Of a stretch of 47,067 nucleotides of DNA, positions 15,310-23,815 are shown in pieces; position 1 is the first letter of the stretch, and each line of letters begins with the position of its first letter. The stretch comes from Fidelibacterota bacterium. GTDB lineage: Bacteria > Fidelibacterota > Marinisomatia > Marinisomatales > UBA8229. Both the position numbers and the translations under genes were made by a program. The stretch spans positions 1 to 47,067 of the forward strand of contig DTUJ01000094.1 in the NCBI GenBank assembly GCA_012964235.1, written 5' to 3'. The notes beneath the pieces were generated by a model. The model saw only the letters and a list, made by a program, of their open reading frames with translations. It searched no databases and was not told where the DNA came from.

Positions 15310-16119
15310 TTAAACGGGCTTCATGAGCATGGGCCTACTGGGGGCTGCATCACATTGGAAACGGGGCAGCTGGATTTCCAGAAAATAAAAACCATCTTCA
15401 ACATCATCTGGAATATATGCCAGTTCTGTAACTGTTCGATGTGAATTGGAGTCCAGATCACTCTTGAGGTCTTTTCCGTTACCCCAGAAAATTCGATGAT
15501 TACCCAAAATGCCATCATCTTCCATCCGATCCAGACTGGGAATATCCACTACCAGATGCTGAATTTCTTGACTTGACAGGAAAGCAATAGAATCGTGGGT
15601 GAAAAAAACCGGGACCTGTTCTGTATAGCGATAGAATCGTTTTTCTACGGGATTGGGCAGGGTCCGGATTATAATGGATAACGGACGGTAATCCTGAAAC
15701 TGTTGAAATGCCTTTTCAAGAGATTCCCTGTTAATAACCTGTTCACCTCTTTGAACAGTGACATGATAGTTGTCAGCACAGGCCGAAAAAAGTATGGGTT
15801 GCACCGTTATAAGTACCGCCGGAAAGAAAAGATCCTTAATACATTCTGTCACTGAATTATTTTGTTCCAACAAATGTCCCACACATTCTGTATGGGTACC
15901 CGTACAGTGGATATTCATACTGATTTCTGATACATTGCTTCCGGCTCCGTCCACAACTGAGTAAGATTTTTTTCCTAATTTTAATGGGACTAACCTTCCT
16001 GGATTCACATCATAATAATTGGGCTGGGGCCCATTAAAATGATAGGGGATGGACAAATCTACAAAGAGAGATGTATCAAGGGTGTATACTTTCCTTTGAT
16101 GCTGTAGTGATACAATCAT
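15310..16119 (-). CDS. kynB: Kynurenine formamidase (cyclase-family, variant metal motif)
   Basis: 269 aa, collinear with Bacillus-type KynB. MNIHCTGTHTECVGH corresponds to MSIHTGTHIDAPFH, VVDIPSLDRMEDD to GVDVPSVDPLDD, and the C-terminal DAAPSRPMLMK to DADGSPVRAVIRP. Its start overlaps the kmo stop by 4 nt. It is the last gene of the kynurenine operon. Confidence 0.7.
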   Translation of the reverse strand: MIVSLQHQRKVYTLDTSLFVDLSIPYHFNGPQPNYYDVNPGRLVPLKLGKKSYSVVDGAGSNVSEISMNIHCTGTHTECVGHLLEQNNSVTECIKDLFFPAVLITVQPILFSACADNYHVTVQRGEQVINRESLEKAFQQFQDYRPLSIIIRTLPNPVEKRFYRYTEQVPVFFTHDSIAFLSSQEIQHLVVDIPSLDRMEDDGILGNHRIFWGNGKDLKSDLDSNSHRTVTELAYIPDDVEDGFYFLEIQLPRFQCDAAPSRPMLMKPV

Positions 16120-17444
16120 ACCAAGGGGGACAGCTTTTCTTTGACCATAGATTCAGCTGCGGTTATGTCCGGTTTCTTAAGATCAAGCTTAGAAATAATT
16201 TCTTTCTGAATAGCGCTCCGCCTATAGACCTCCGAATAGGGGATGGAGGTAAAACTCACCATATTGTATCGGGGAATAAATCGGTCAGGAAATCGTTCCA
16301 TCAGTATGTTGGCTATTTCTTTTTGTTGTATAAACTCTTTTCGGGTTACCAAATCTCGCATTTCCACATAGTTTTCTATGGCCATTTTAGCAATGGCATC
16401 ACCATCTGCTTTCCGGACAGAACTATATTTTTCACACACCCCCTCCCAGTTTCCCTGGGCTTCATCCAAACATTGCATGAGGACTTCACAGTCTTCAAAT
16501 GACGCATTCATGCCCTGCCCAAAAAAGGGTACAACCGCATGAGCCGCGTCACCTATCAGGCAGTACTGATTATTATATTGCCACTCATCTGTATAAACTG
16601 TCCCCAGTTTTCCAGTAGGATTGTCAAAAAAAGCATTGGGAAAGTTTTCCACAAGAGGTAGGACATCTTCAAAATAAGTATGAAAAAATTCTGTTACTAA
16701 TTCTGGTGTTCTCAGAGATTTAAAGCTCCTTTTGCCTTCGATCGGCAAAAATAATGTGCAAGTAAATGATTTATCCATATTTGGCAGAGCAATGAGCATG
16801 AATTCACCCCGGGGCCATATATGCAGAGCACTAGAATCTAATTGAAACTCGCCATCTTTACTGGGCGCAATATGAAGCTCCTTGTAATCATGGCCCAGTG
16901 GATCTACATAAGATGGTGACAATACTTTCCCGTCAATATGTTTCCGGATGACTGAACCTGCTCCATCGGCTCCAAAAACGTGATCTGCAACCGGAGCCCG
17001 GTTTCCATTTTCAAAAATCAGTTCATTTGTATACTCATCTATTTCTAATAACGAATGATCAAAATAAATCTGCACTTTTCCTGATGCTTCAGCCTTGGTC
17101 ATAAGAATTTTATTTAATTCTCCCCTAGATACAGAATTGATGTACTCATGAGGATGAATACTATAAGGCTGGAATTCAATATCTCCACCAGAGAGATGAA
17201 CCATCCGACCCTTCATGGGAATGAGCAGGGGGTCTATTTTATCAAAAACACCTGCAGACTTAATGGCCTTGATTCCCCTGTGAGAGAGAGCAAGGTTAAT
17301 AGATCGGCCTTCAGGAATATTTTCTACCCGAAGATCCGGCCGTTTTTCATATAGCTGTACAGGATATCCACGCTGGCTCAGGTAAATAGCCAGAAGGGGA
17401 CCTGCCAAACCAGAACCAATGATTATTTTCATATCATGATCCAT
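16116..17444 (-). CDS. kmo: Kynurenine 3-monooxygenase (FAD-dependent)
   Basis: 442 aa. It has the Rossmann motif IIGSGLAGPLLAIYLSQRGY..YEKRPD and the block GDAAHAVVPFFGQGMN typical of the KMO/PHBH family. The position in the operon supports the call. An alternative ATG lies at 17432. Confidence 0.85.
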   Translation of the reverse strand: MDHDMKIIIGSGLAGPLLAIYLSQRGYPVQLYEKRPDLRVENIPEGRSINLALSHRGIKAIKSAGVFDKIDPLLIPMKGRMVHLSGGDIEFQPYSIHPHEYINSVSRGELNKILMTKAEASGKVQIYFDHSLLEIDEYTNELIFENGNRAPVADHVFGADGAGSVIRKHIDGKVLSPSYVDPLGHDYKELHIAPSKDGEFQLDSSALHIWPRGEFMLIALPNMDKSFTCTLFLPIEGKRSFKSLRTPELVTEFFHTYFEDVLPLVENFPNAFFDNPTGKLGTVYTDEWQYNNQYCLIGDAAHAVVPFFGQGMNASFEDCEVLMQCLDEAQGNWEGVCEKYSSVRKADGDAIAKMAIENYVEMRDLVTRKEFIQQKEIANILMERFPDRFIPRYNMVSFTSIPYSEVYRRSAIQKEIISKLDLKKPDITAAESMVKEKLSPLV

Positions 17445-18714
17445 TAAGTATCTCTTTCAAAATATGGACAAATTGATGACAGTCAGCAAAGGAATTATAC
17501 AAGGGCACAGGTGCTACCCGGAGCACATCCGGATCCCTCCAGTCGCAAACTGCTCCTTTTTCACGGAGAATATCTATGGTATTGTAAATTGGATTTTTCA
17601 GCCTTATGGAGAGTTGGCATCCCCGGCCTCTCACAGAGACAGGAGTAATAATTGTAATATGTTCATTCAATTCAGATTTCAGCAGTAATTCCAGATAGGA
17701 TGTGAGCTTTTCACTTTTTTTCCTGAGACTTTCTATCCCCGCTTCATGGAATATTTCCAGACTAGCCAATAATGAAGCCATTGAAAATATGGGTGGATTT
17801 GAGAGCTGCCAAGCTTCTGCAGTAGCTGTTGGTACAAACTTATCAGGCATCTGAAAGCGGGTTGATTTATCATGTCCCCACCAACCTTCAAAACGGGGGA
17901 TGTCTGATTTACCCAGATGGCGTTCATGAATGAAAACTCCAGAAGGGGCTCCAGGGCCACCATTCAAATATTTATAACCACACCAAGCCGCAAAATCCAC
18001 GTCCCAATCATGTAATTTAAGATGGAGATTTCCTGCACCATGGGCCAAATCAAATCCAACTAAACATCCGTACTCATGAGCTTTCTTGGTAATGGCTTTC
18101 ATATCAAAGGCTTGCCCGGTATAATAATTCACACCTCCGATAAGCACGAGTGCAATTTCATGCCCATGATGATGGAAGCAGTCAAAAATCCACTCGGTGG
18201 TAATTGTATCCCCCTGATCAGGATTGAGTATTATTAAACCTTCTTTAGGATGATTTCCATGAATTTTCAGCTGAGATTGAACGGCATATCGATCGGAAGG
18301 AAAGGCGTTGTCCTCAATAAGTATTTTTTTTCGTTTGCCTTTGGGTCGATAAAAGGAAGTCATGAGCAAATGCAGGTTCACAGTTAAAGAGTTCATCACC
18401 ACCACTTCTTTTTCAAAAGCACCTGCTATTTCGGCTGTGTATTGAGTTAGTAATTCGTGATATGGCAGCCAGGGGCGTTTGGCATTTAAATGTCCTTCAA
18501 CACCCAGCTTTTTCCAGGCGTCTAATTCTTCTGTTATATATTGCTCTGCAGTATCAGGCTGGAGTCCCAAAGAATTGCCGGAAAAATAGATAAATGACTC
18601 ACCAGATTCGGTTTCAGGGAAGTGAAATCTCCCCCTGAAGTGAGCCTGCGGATCATAATTATCCTGTTCCAGGGCAAAGTTTAAATCGGTAGGGCTAATT
18701 GCGGATGAATTCAC
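17434..18714 (-). CDS. kynU: Kynureninase (PLP-dependent)
   Basis: 426 aa. FAAWCGYKYLNGGPG contains the PLP lysine block characteristic of kynureninases. The N-terminal FHFP...IYFSGNSLGLQP block also fits. Confidence 0.85.
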   Translation of the reverse strand: MNSSAISPTDLNFALEQDNYDPQAHFRGRFHFPETESGESFIYFSGNSLGLQPDTAEQYITEELDAWKKLGVEGHLNAKRPWLPYHELLTQYTAEIAGAFEKEVVVMNSLTVNLHLLMTSFYRPKGKRKKILIEDNAFPSDRYAVQSQLKIHGNHPKEGLIILNPDQGDTITTEWIFDCFHHHGHEIALVLIGGVNYYTGQAFDMKAITKKAHEYGCLVGFDLAHGAGNLHLKLHDWDVDFAAWCGYKYLNGGPGAPSGVFIHERHLGKSDIPRFEGWWGHDKSTRFQMPDKFVPTATAEAWQLSNPPIFSMASLLASLEIFHEAGIESLRKKSEKLTSYLELLLKSELNEHITIITPVSVRGRGCQLSIRLKNPIYNTIDILREKGAVCDWRDPDVLRVAPVPLYNSFADCHQFVHILKEILNGS

Positions 18715-19711
18715 TTTGGTCCAAGCCTAGCCACTCCAAGGCAGTACCAGCCAATAACCTCTGTTTTGTGGAGTCGGATAAATTCATGTCTTCAATCAGT
18801 TTTCCAGGATGATGTTCACCCAATGGGAAGGGATAATCGGAACCCAGGGCAATTTGATTTTCCCCCAATGTGTCAATCAGAAAGGACATTGCTTTTTCAT
18901 CATGTACCAGTGAATCCACATATATATGCTCCAGATAGGATGAGGGCAATCTTTCATTGTCAATTGCACAGAGGTCCGGGCGAACATTAAAGCCATGTTC
19001 AATGCGCCCAATAGTAAATGGGAAAGCACCACCGCCGTGGGCAAAGGCAATTTTAAGTGCCGGATACTTGTCCAAAATACCACCAAACATTATTGAGCAA
19101 ATAGCCCGTGATGTTTCTGCAGGCATCCCCACCAGCCAAGGCAGCCAATATTTTTTCATATCAGATTGTCCCATCATTTCCCAGGGGTGAACAAATATTG
19201 AACAGCCAATTTTTTCTGCATGTTTAAATATGGAGTGAAATGCTTCTTCCGAAAGATTCTTACCATTTACATTTGATCCGATTTCAATTCCAGGAAATTT
19301 CAGCTCATTCACACAACGATCCATTTCTTCAATAGCCAGATCGGCATTTTGCATAGGAATGGTGCCCAACCCCAGAAAATATTCTGGATTTTCCTGGACT
19401 ATATGGGAAATATGGTCATTAAGAAATTGAGAAAGTTTCAAACATTCTGCATCATCCGCCCAATATGAAAATAATACGGGAATGGTAGATAAGACCTGCA
19501 TATCTACATCGGTTTTATTGCAGTCTTTGATGCGCTCAGGGGCATGCCAGCAATTGCAGCCTACTTTCCTAAAGGACTGTTGATCTTTTTTCAGTATGGC
19601 ATTTTGCTCATCTAATTTATCTAACTGCAGAAAACGGGGATCCGAAAACGTTTCGGTCAGTTTATTCAGGTTTCCTGGGAGGATATGGGTGTGAATGTCA
19701 ATTTTAAACAA
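18695..19711 (-). CDS. 2-amino-3-carboxymuconate-6-semialdehyde decarboxylase (amidohydrolase_2)
   Basis: 338 aa. It starts MFKIDIHTHILP (the HxH metal site), has FAHGGGAFP and a C-terminal GSDYPFPLGE, and sits between the 3-HAO and kynureninase genes. Confidence 0.8.
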   Translation of the reverse strand: MFKIDIHTHILPGNLNKLTETFSDPRFLQLDKLDEQNAILKKDQQSFRKVGCNCWHAPERIKDCNKTDVDMQVLSTIPVLFSYWADDAECLKLSQFLNDHISHIVQENPEYFLGLGTIPMQNADLAIEEMDRCVNELKFPGIEIGSNVNGKNLSEEAFHSIFKHAEKIGCSIFVHPWEMMGQSDMKKYWLPWLVGMPAETSRAICSIMFGGILDKYPALKIAFAHGGGAFPFTIGRIEHGFNVRPDLCAIDNERLPSSYLEHIYVDSLVHDEKAMSFLIDTLGENQIALGSDYPFPLGEHHPGKLIEDMNLSDSTKQRLLAGTALEWLGLDQSEFIRN

Positions 19712-19713
19712 AT

Positions 19714-20220
19714 TCAGGGTTTTTCCAAGTAGGCGTTACATTCTTTGCAGGTGCGACCATCTTCATCTTCCCAAAAAGCCTCAAATAAAGGCGGTAACTG
19801 AGCTACAATATCTGTCAGGGCAATATGCTTTTCATACAAGAGAGCATTGCATTCGTCACAATACCACTGAAATCCATCCAGTTCGTCAGCATGACGCTTT
19901 CGCTCTACAACCAGGCCCACAGTATCCTCAAATCTCTGTGGTGAATGTGGTATTTTGGGTGGCAGCAGGAAAATTTCGCCTTCCTTAATGTGAATATCTT
20001 CCGGTTTTCCTGATTTCATAATGCGCAAGACCATATTACCCTTTAGTTGGTAGAAAAATTCTTCGCCTTCATCGATATGATAATCTTTTCGTGTATTGGG
20101 TCCGCCCACCACCATTATGATGAGTTCTGTATCTTTGTAAACCACCTTGTTCCCAACGGGTGGTTTGAGCAGATGGCGGTTCTCTTCAATCCAGTTTTTA
20201 AAGTCAATTGGCGGTAGCAC
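19714..20220 (-). CDS. nbaC: 3-hydroxyanthranilate 3,4-dioxygenase
   Basis: 168 aa with a GTG start. The cupin block is DYHIDEGEEFFYQLKGNMVL. A C-terminal CDECN...CKECN rubredoxin-like site is present, as in bacterial HAO. Confidence 0.85.
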   Translation of the reverse strand: MLPPIDFKNWIEENRHLLKPPVGNKVVYKDTELIIMVVGGPNTRKDYHIDEGEEFFYQLKGNMVLRIMKSGKPEDIHIKEGEIFLLPPKIPHSPQRFEDTVGLVVERKRHADELDGFQWYCDECNALLYEKHIALTDIVAQLPPLFEAFWEDEDGRTCKECNAYLEKP

Positions 20221-20275
20221 TAATGATTCCTTTTAACCCAAAAAGACATAAAAATTTTATCGTTGATCACTGTTT

Positions 20276-20692
20276 TTAGATGGTTGCAATACATTTAAGT
20301 TCAATTGCTATTGGGGTAGGTAGGGACTTGATCTCTATTGTCGTCCGGCACGGTTGATTGGTCTTGAAATATTCACCGTAAAGCCGGTTAAAAGTTGGAA
20401 AATCAACCTTCATATTTGTAAGAAATATGGTTACATCCACCAGTTGGTTCCAACTTGACCCTGCATCTTCCAAAATTGACCTAACATTTTTAAAAACTGA
20501 ATGGCACTGGACCTCAATATCATAGGATATAATTCCCCCGCTCCCACCCAACTCAACGCCGGGGATTTCTTTTTTACCTCGTTCTCGTGGTCCCACTCCG
20601 GATAAAAAGAGAAAATTACCAACTTTTCGGGCATGGGGGTATAAGCCTACTGGTTCTGGTGCATTCTTGCTTTCAATTTTATCTAAATTCAT
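20276..20692 (-). CDS. RidA/YjgF-family protein (candidate 2-aminomuconate deaminase)
   Basis: 138 aa with typical RidA blocks (APEPVGLYPHA..., LFLSG, VDVTIFL, CRTTIE). Its start overlaps the aldehyde dehydrogenase stop by 4 nt. The functional guess comes from context only. Confidence 0.7.
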   Translation of the reverse strand: MNLDKIESKNAPEPVGLYPHARKVGNFLFLSGVGPRERGKKEIPGVELGGSGGIISYDIEVQCHSVFKNVRSILEDAGSSWNQLVDVTIFLTNMKVDFPTFNRLYGEYFKTNQPCRTTIEIKSLPTPIAIELKCIATI

Positions 20693-22131
20693 ATTTTAAT
20701 ACACACATTTTTTGATTCTGTAAAAAACTGAAGCGAGTTAAATCCTCCTTCTCTTCCGATTCCTGAACTTTTCATTCCACCAAAAGGAATTCGCAAATCC
20801 CTGAGCAACCAAGTATTGACCCAAACTATTCCAGAATCAATAGCGGAAGCGACCCGGTGAGCCCGACTCACATCTGAAGTAAATATGCTGGCTGAAAGTC
20901 CATAGCGTGTGGAATTAGCCATGCTGATGACATCTTCTTCTGACTTAAAAGGAATCATGGAAACTACAGGCCCAAATATTTCCTCATGATTCGTTTGACA
21001 GTCTGCCGGGAGTCCTTCTATAATGGTGGGTTCAATATAATAGCCGTTTTTCAGTTCTCCCTCTAACTGAAGACGTTTTCCTCCCGTTAAGACTTTTCCA
21101 CCTTCATTCCTGGCCTGTTCAATCTTAGATAAGATTTTTTCCATATGCTGCTTTGACACTATAGCTCCCAGATTACTTGAGTTATCCCGGGGATCGCCAA
21201 CCACCAAGTTTCTGGTTTTTTCAAGGAAGTCAGATTTAAACTTATCGTAAATATCTTCCTGGACAAAAAGACGTGAACCACAGAGGCAAATCTGTCCCTG
21301 ATTTGAAAAGGATGCTTTCACTGCCATCTCCACAGCGTTATCAAATTCTGCATCAGAAAAAACAATATTAGGATTCTTCCCACCCATCTCTAATGATAGT
21401 TTTTTAAAAAATGGAGCGGTGGCGGCAGCAATTTTCCCGCCTGTTTCTGTTCCTCCAGTGAATGAAATTATTGGCACATCCGGATGTCGAGTGAGAGCAT
21501 CTCCTGCTTTTTCTCCAGTTCCATGAACGATATTTAATATTCCTTTTGGTAAGCCGGATTTTTGGCAAATTTTACTGAAAATAAACGCTGTCATCGGGGT
21601 TACTTCCGATGGTTTTGCCACAACAGTATTTCCAGCAGCTAATGCCGGCGCAACCTTCCAGGTTAAAAGATACAGTGGAAGATTCCAGGGAGAGATACAG
21701 CCGGCAACACCAATTGGCTGTCGTAACGTATAGTTTAGAGCCTGTCCATCCATTTCATGAATTTCTGAATTAAAATGGAGAATAGCTGTTGCAAAAAATC
21801 TGAAGTTCTCGGGTGCACGAGGTATGTCAACCGCCTGGGCAAGCCATTTCGGCTTTCCGTTATCCTTGCTTTCCGCAGCAATAAGTTCATCACTATGTTT
21901 TTCAATTTCATCAGCCAGCTTCATAAGGATATCTGACCGTTCCCGCTTCGGTGTTTTACTCCACGATTTAAACGCTTGTTGCGCAGCTTCTACAGCTTGA
22001 TTCACATCGTTTTTATCACTGTCCGGAATCAGGGAATAATTTTCACCGGTAGATGGGCAGACATTTTTCAGGTATTTTCTGGAAGCTGGAGGAACTAATT
22101 CACCATTTATATAATTCATTATTTTCAGCAT
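20689..22131 (-). CDS. NAD-dependent aldehyde dehydrogenase (candidate 2-aminomuconate-6-semialdehyde dehydrogenase)
   Basis: 480 aa. It has the ALDH signatures LEMGGKNPNIVF and FSNQGQICLCGSR (catalytic Cys) and the C-terminal PFGGMKSSGIGREGG. Substrate assignment is by operon context. Confidence 0.8.
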   Translation of the reverse strand: MLKIMNYINGELVPPASRKYLKNVCPSTGENYSLIPDSDKNDVNQAVEAAQQAFKSWSKTPKRERSDILMKLADEIEKHSDELIAAESKDNGKPKWLAQAVDIPRAPENFRFFATAILHFNSEIHEMDGQALNYTLRQPIGVAGCISPWNLPLYLLTWKVAPALAAGNTVVAKPSEVTPMTAFIFSKICQKSGLPKGILNIVHGTGEKAGDALTRHPDVPIISFTGGTETGGKIAAATAPFFKKLSLEMGGKNPNIVFSDAEFDNAVEMAVKASFSNQGQICLCGSRLFVQEDIYDKFKSDFLEKTRNLVVGDPRDNSSNLGAIVSKQHMEKILSKIEQARNEGGKVLTGGKRLQLEGELKNGYYIEPTIIEGLPADCQTNHEEIFGPVVSMIPFKSEEDVISMANSTRYGLSASIFTSDVSRAHRVASAIDSGIVWVNTWLLRDLRIPFGGMKSSGIGREGGFNSLQFFTESKNVCIKI

Positions 22132-22133
22132 TT

Positions 22134-23036
22134 CTAAATAGGATTTATCTCCAGTTTTAAGTCAATATTCTTCACTTTTGTAGTAAGCGATCCAACGGAA
22201 GAAGCATGAATGCCCGTTTCTGCATAAGCACCAATCGTATCTAAATGAATTCCCCCGGAAGCTTCCACAAAAACATCCGTACCATTCGGATGTTCATTCA
22301 CTATCTTTAACGCTTTCTTCACCATTTCCGGCGACATGTTATCTAATAAAAATCCATCAACATTCAAATCTAGCCCCTGCTCTAATTGTTTAAGAGTATC
22401 TACCTCCAATTCGATTGGGATTCCCGGATTTGAATCCTGGATTTTTTTAACCGCTGGCTCCAATCCTCCTGCAGAAATGATGTGATTATCTTTTATCAAT
22501 ACTGCAGTACTCAAATCCAATCGATGATTATAACCACCGCCAACCGCCACAGCAAATTTTTCAAACATTCTTAACCCGGGAGTCATCTTTCTTGTATCCA
22601 ACACTTTGAAATTATAGTTTTGGGTTCGTTCTACATACTGGCGGGTTTTTGTCGAAATTCCGAAAAGTCTTTGCAGTAAATTCAATACAACTCTCTCACG
22701 TTTCAGTATTGTTCGTGCTGAACCACGAATTTTTGCTAAAACTTCATTTGTTTTTCCTATGTCACCATCCATAATAAAGGATTGTATCATTATATCTTTT
22801 GGAAAACAATGGGGTAGGATTGACAAACCGGCGGCCACACATTCTTCCTCTGCAATCAGTACAGCTTCCATTTTCATGGACGTATCTACTGAATAATTTG
22901 TGGTGATATCATCTTCGCTGCCATCTTCTTGCAAAAACGACTTTATTTTTTCCCGTACGTATTGACCATCAAGATTTGTTAATCTGGAAAACTGAAATTT
23001 ATTTCTTTTGAATTTCACACCATTAATCACAGACAT
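22134..23036 (-). CDS. nadC: Quinolinate phosphoribosyltransferase (nicotinate-nucleotide diphosphorylase, carboxylating)
   Basis: 300 aa. The blocks ERVVLNLLQRLFGISTKT, VLDTRKMTPGLR, AVAVGGGYNHRLDLS, LIKDNHI and the C-terminal FVEASGGI are typical of NadC. Confidence 0.85.
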   Translation of the reverse strand: MSVINGVKFKRNKFQFSRLTNLDGQYVREKIKSFLQEDGSEDDITTNYSVDTSMKMEAVLIAEEECVAAGLSILPHCFPKDIMIQSFIMDGDIGKTNEVLAKIRGSARTILKRERVVLNLLQRLFGISTKTRQYVERTQNYNFKVLDTRKMTPGLRMFEKFAVAVGGGYNHRLDLSTAVLIKDNHIISAGGLEPAVKKIQDSNPGIPIELEVDTLKQLEQGLDLNVDGFLLDNMSPEMVKKALKIVNEHPNGTDVFVEASGGIHLDTIGAYAETGIHASSVGSLTTKVKNIDLKLEINPI

Positions 23037-23815
23037 GATAATCTTCCACCGTCTACAGGGAGGTTTATCCCGTTAATGTAAGCTGCAAAGGGGGAGGCCA
23101 AAAATATTATAGCATTTGCTATTTCCTCTGGCTCACAGATTCTACCAGCTGGAATCATCTGGACCCATTCTTCTTTTATTTTTTCCGGACTCATATTTTT
23201 TTCTTTAGCTATGTGTTGAAATAGCGAAGTCAAGCGGCCAGTGTTGGTTGCACCGGGAAGAATGTTATTTACAGTGATCCCAAAAGGAGCTACTTCATTG
23301 GACAAGGTTTTTGCCCAGGATGCTACTGCTCCGCGAATTGTATTTGAAACTCCCAATCCTTTGATCGGTTGTTTCACAGAAGTTGAAATAATATTGATAA
23401 TACGGCCGTACTTATTTTTTTTCATACCAGGAATGACTGCTTTCACAAGAATTTGATTACAAATGATATGTTGAGAAAATCCCTGGTAAAATCTTTCAAG
23501 GTTACTATCTACAAGTTCTCCGGGAGGCGGACCTCCAGTGTTATTAACTAATATATGAACCGGATTATCCTTTGTTACAATCTCATTTACAGCTTTTTCC
23601 AAGGTTTCTGGTTTAGAAAAATCTGCACAAATAAAATGATGACTCTGGTTATTTATGGTAGGGAGCATTGCAATTGTTTCTTTTAACAATGCCTTGTTCC
23701 TTGCTACTAAAATAACTTCAGCACCCAATTCTGCAAATTGCAAAGCCGTCGCTTTTCCCATACCTTTTGTACTTCCGCAAACAAGGGCACGCATTTTTGA
23801 AAAATCAAATTTCAT
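23027..23815 (-). CDS. Atypical short-chain dehydrogenase/reductase-fold protein (no YxxxK)
   Basis: 262 aa with a Rossmann N-terminus ALVCGSTKGMGKA..., NNTGG and a C-terminal PVDGG. At the expected active-site position it reads VSNTIRGAVASWAK, and no YxxxK occurs anywhere in the ORF. It overlaps nadC by 10 nt and kynA by 1 nt (TAATG). Confidence 0.75.
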   Translation of the reverse strand: MKFDFSKMRALVCGSTKGMGKATALQFAELGAEVILVARNKALLKETIAMLPTINNQSHHFICADFSKPETLEKAVNEIVTKDNPVHILVNNTGGPPPGELVDSNLERFYQGFSQHIICNQILVKAVIPGMKKNKYGRIINIISTSVKQPIKGLGVSNTIRGAVASWAKTLSNEVAPFGITVNNILPGATNTGRLTSLFQHIAKEKNMSPEKIKEEWVQMIPAGRICEPEEIANAIIFLASPFAAYINGINLPVDGGRLSCL

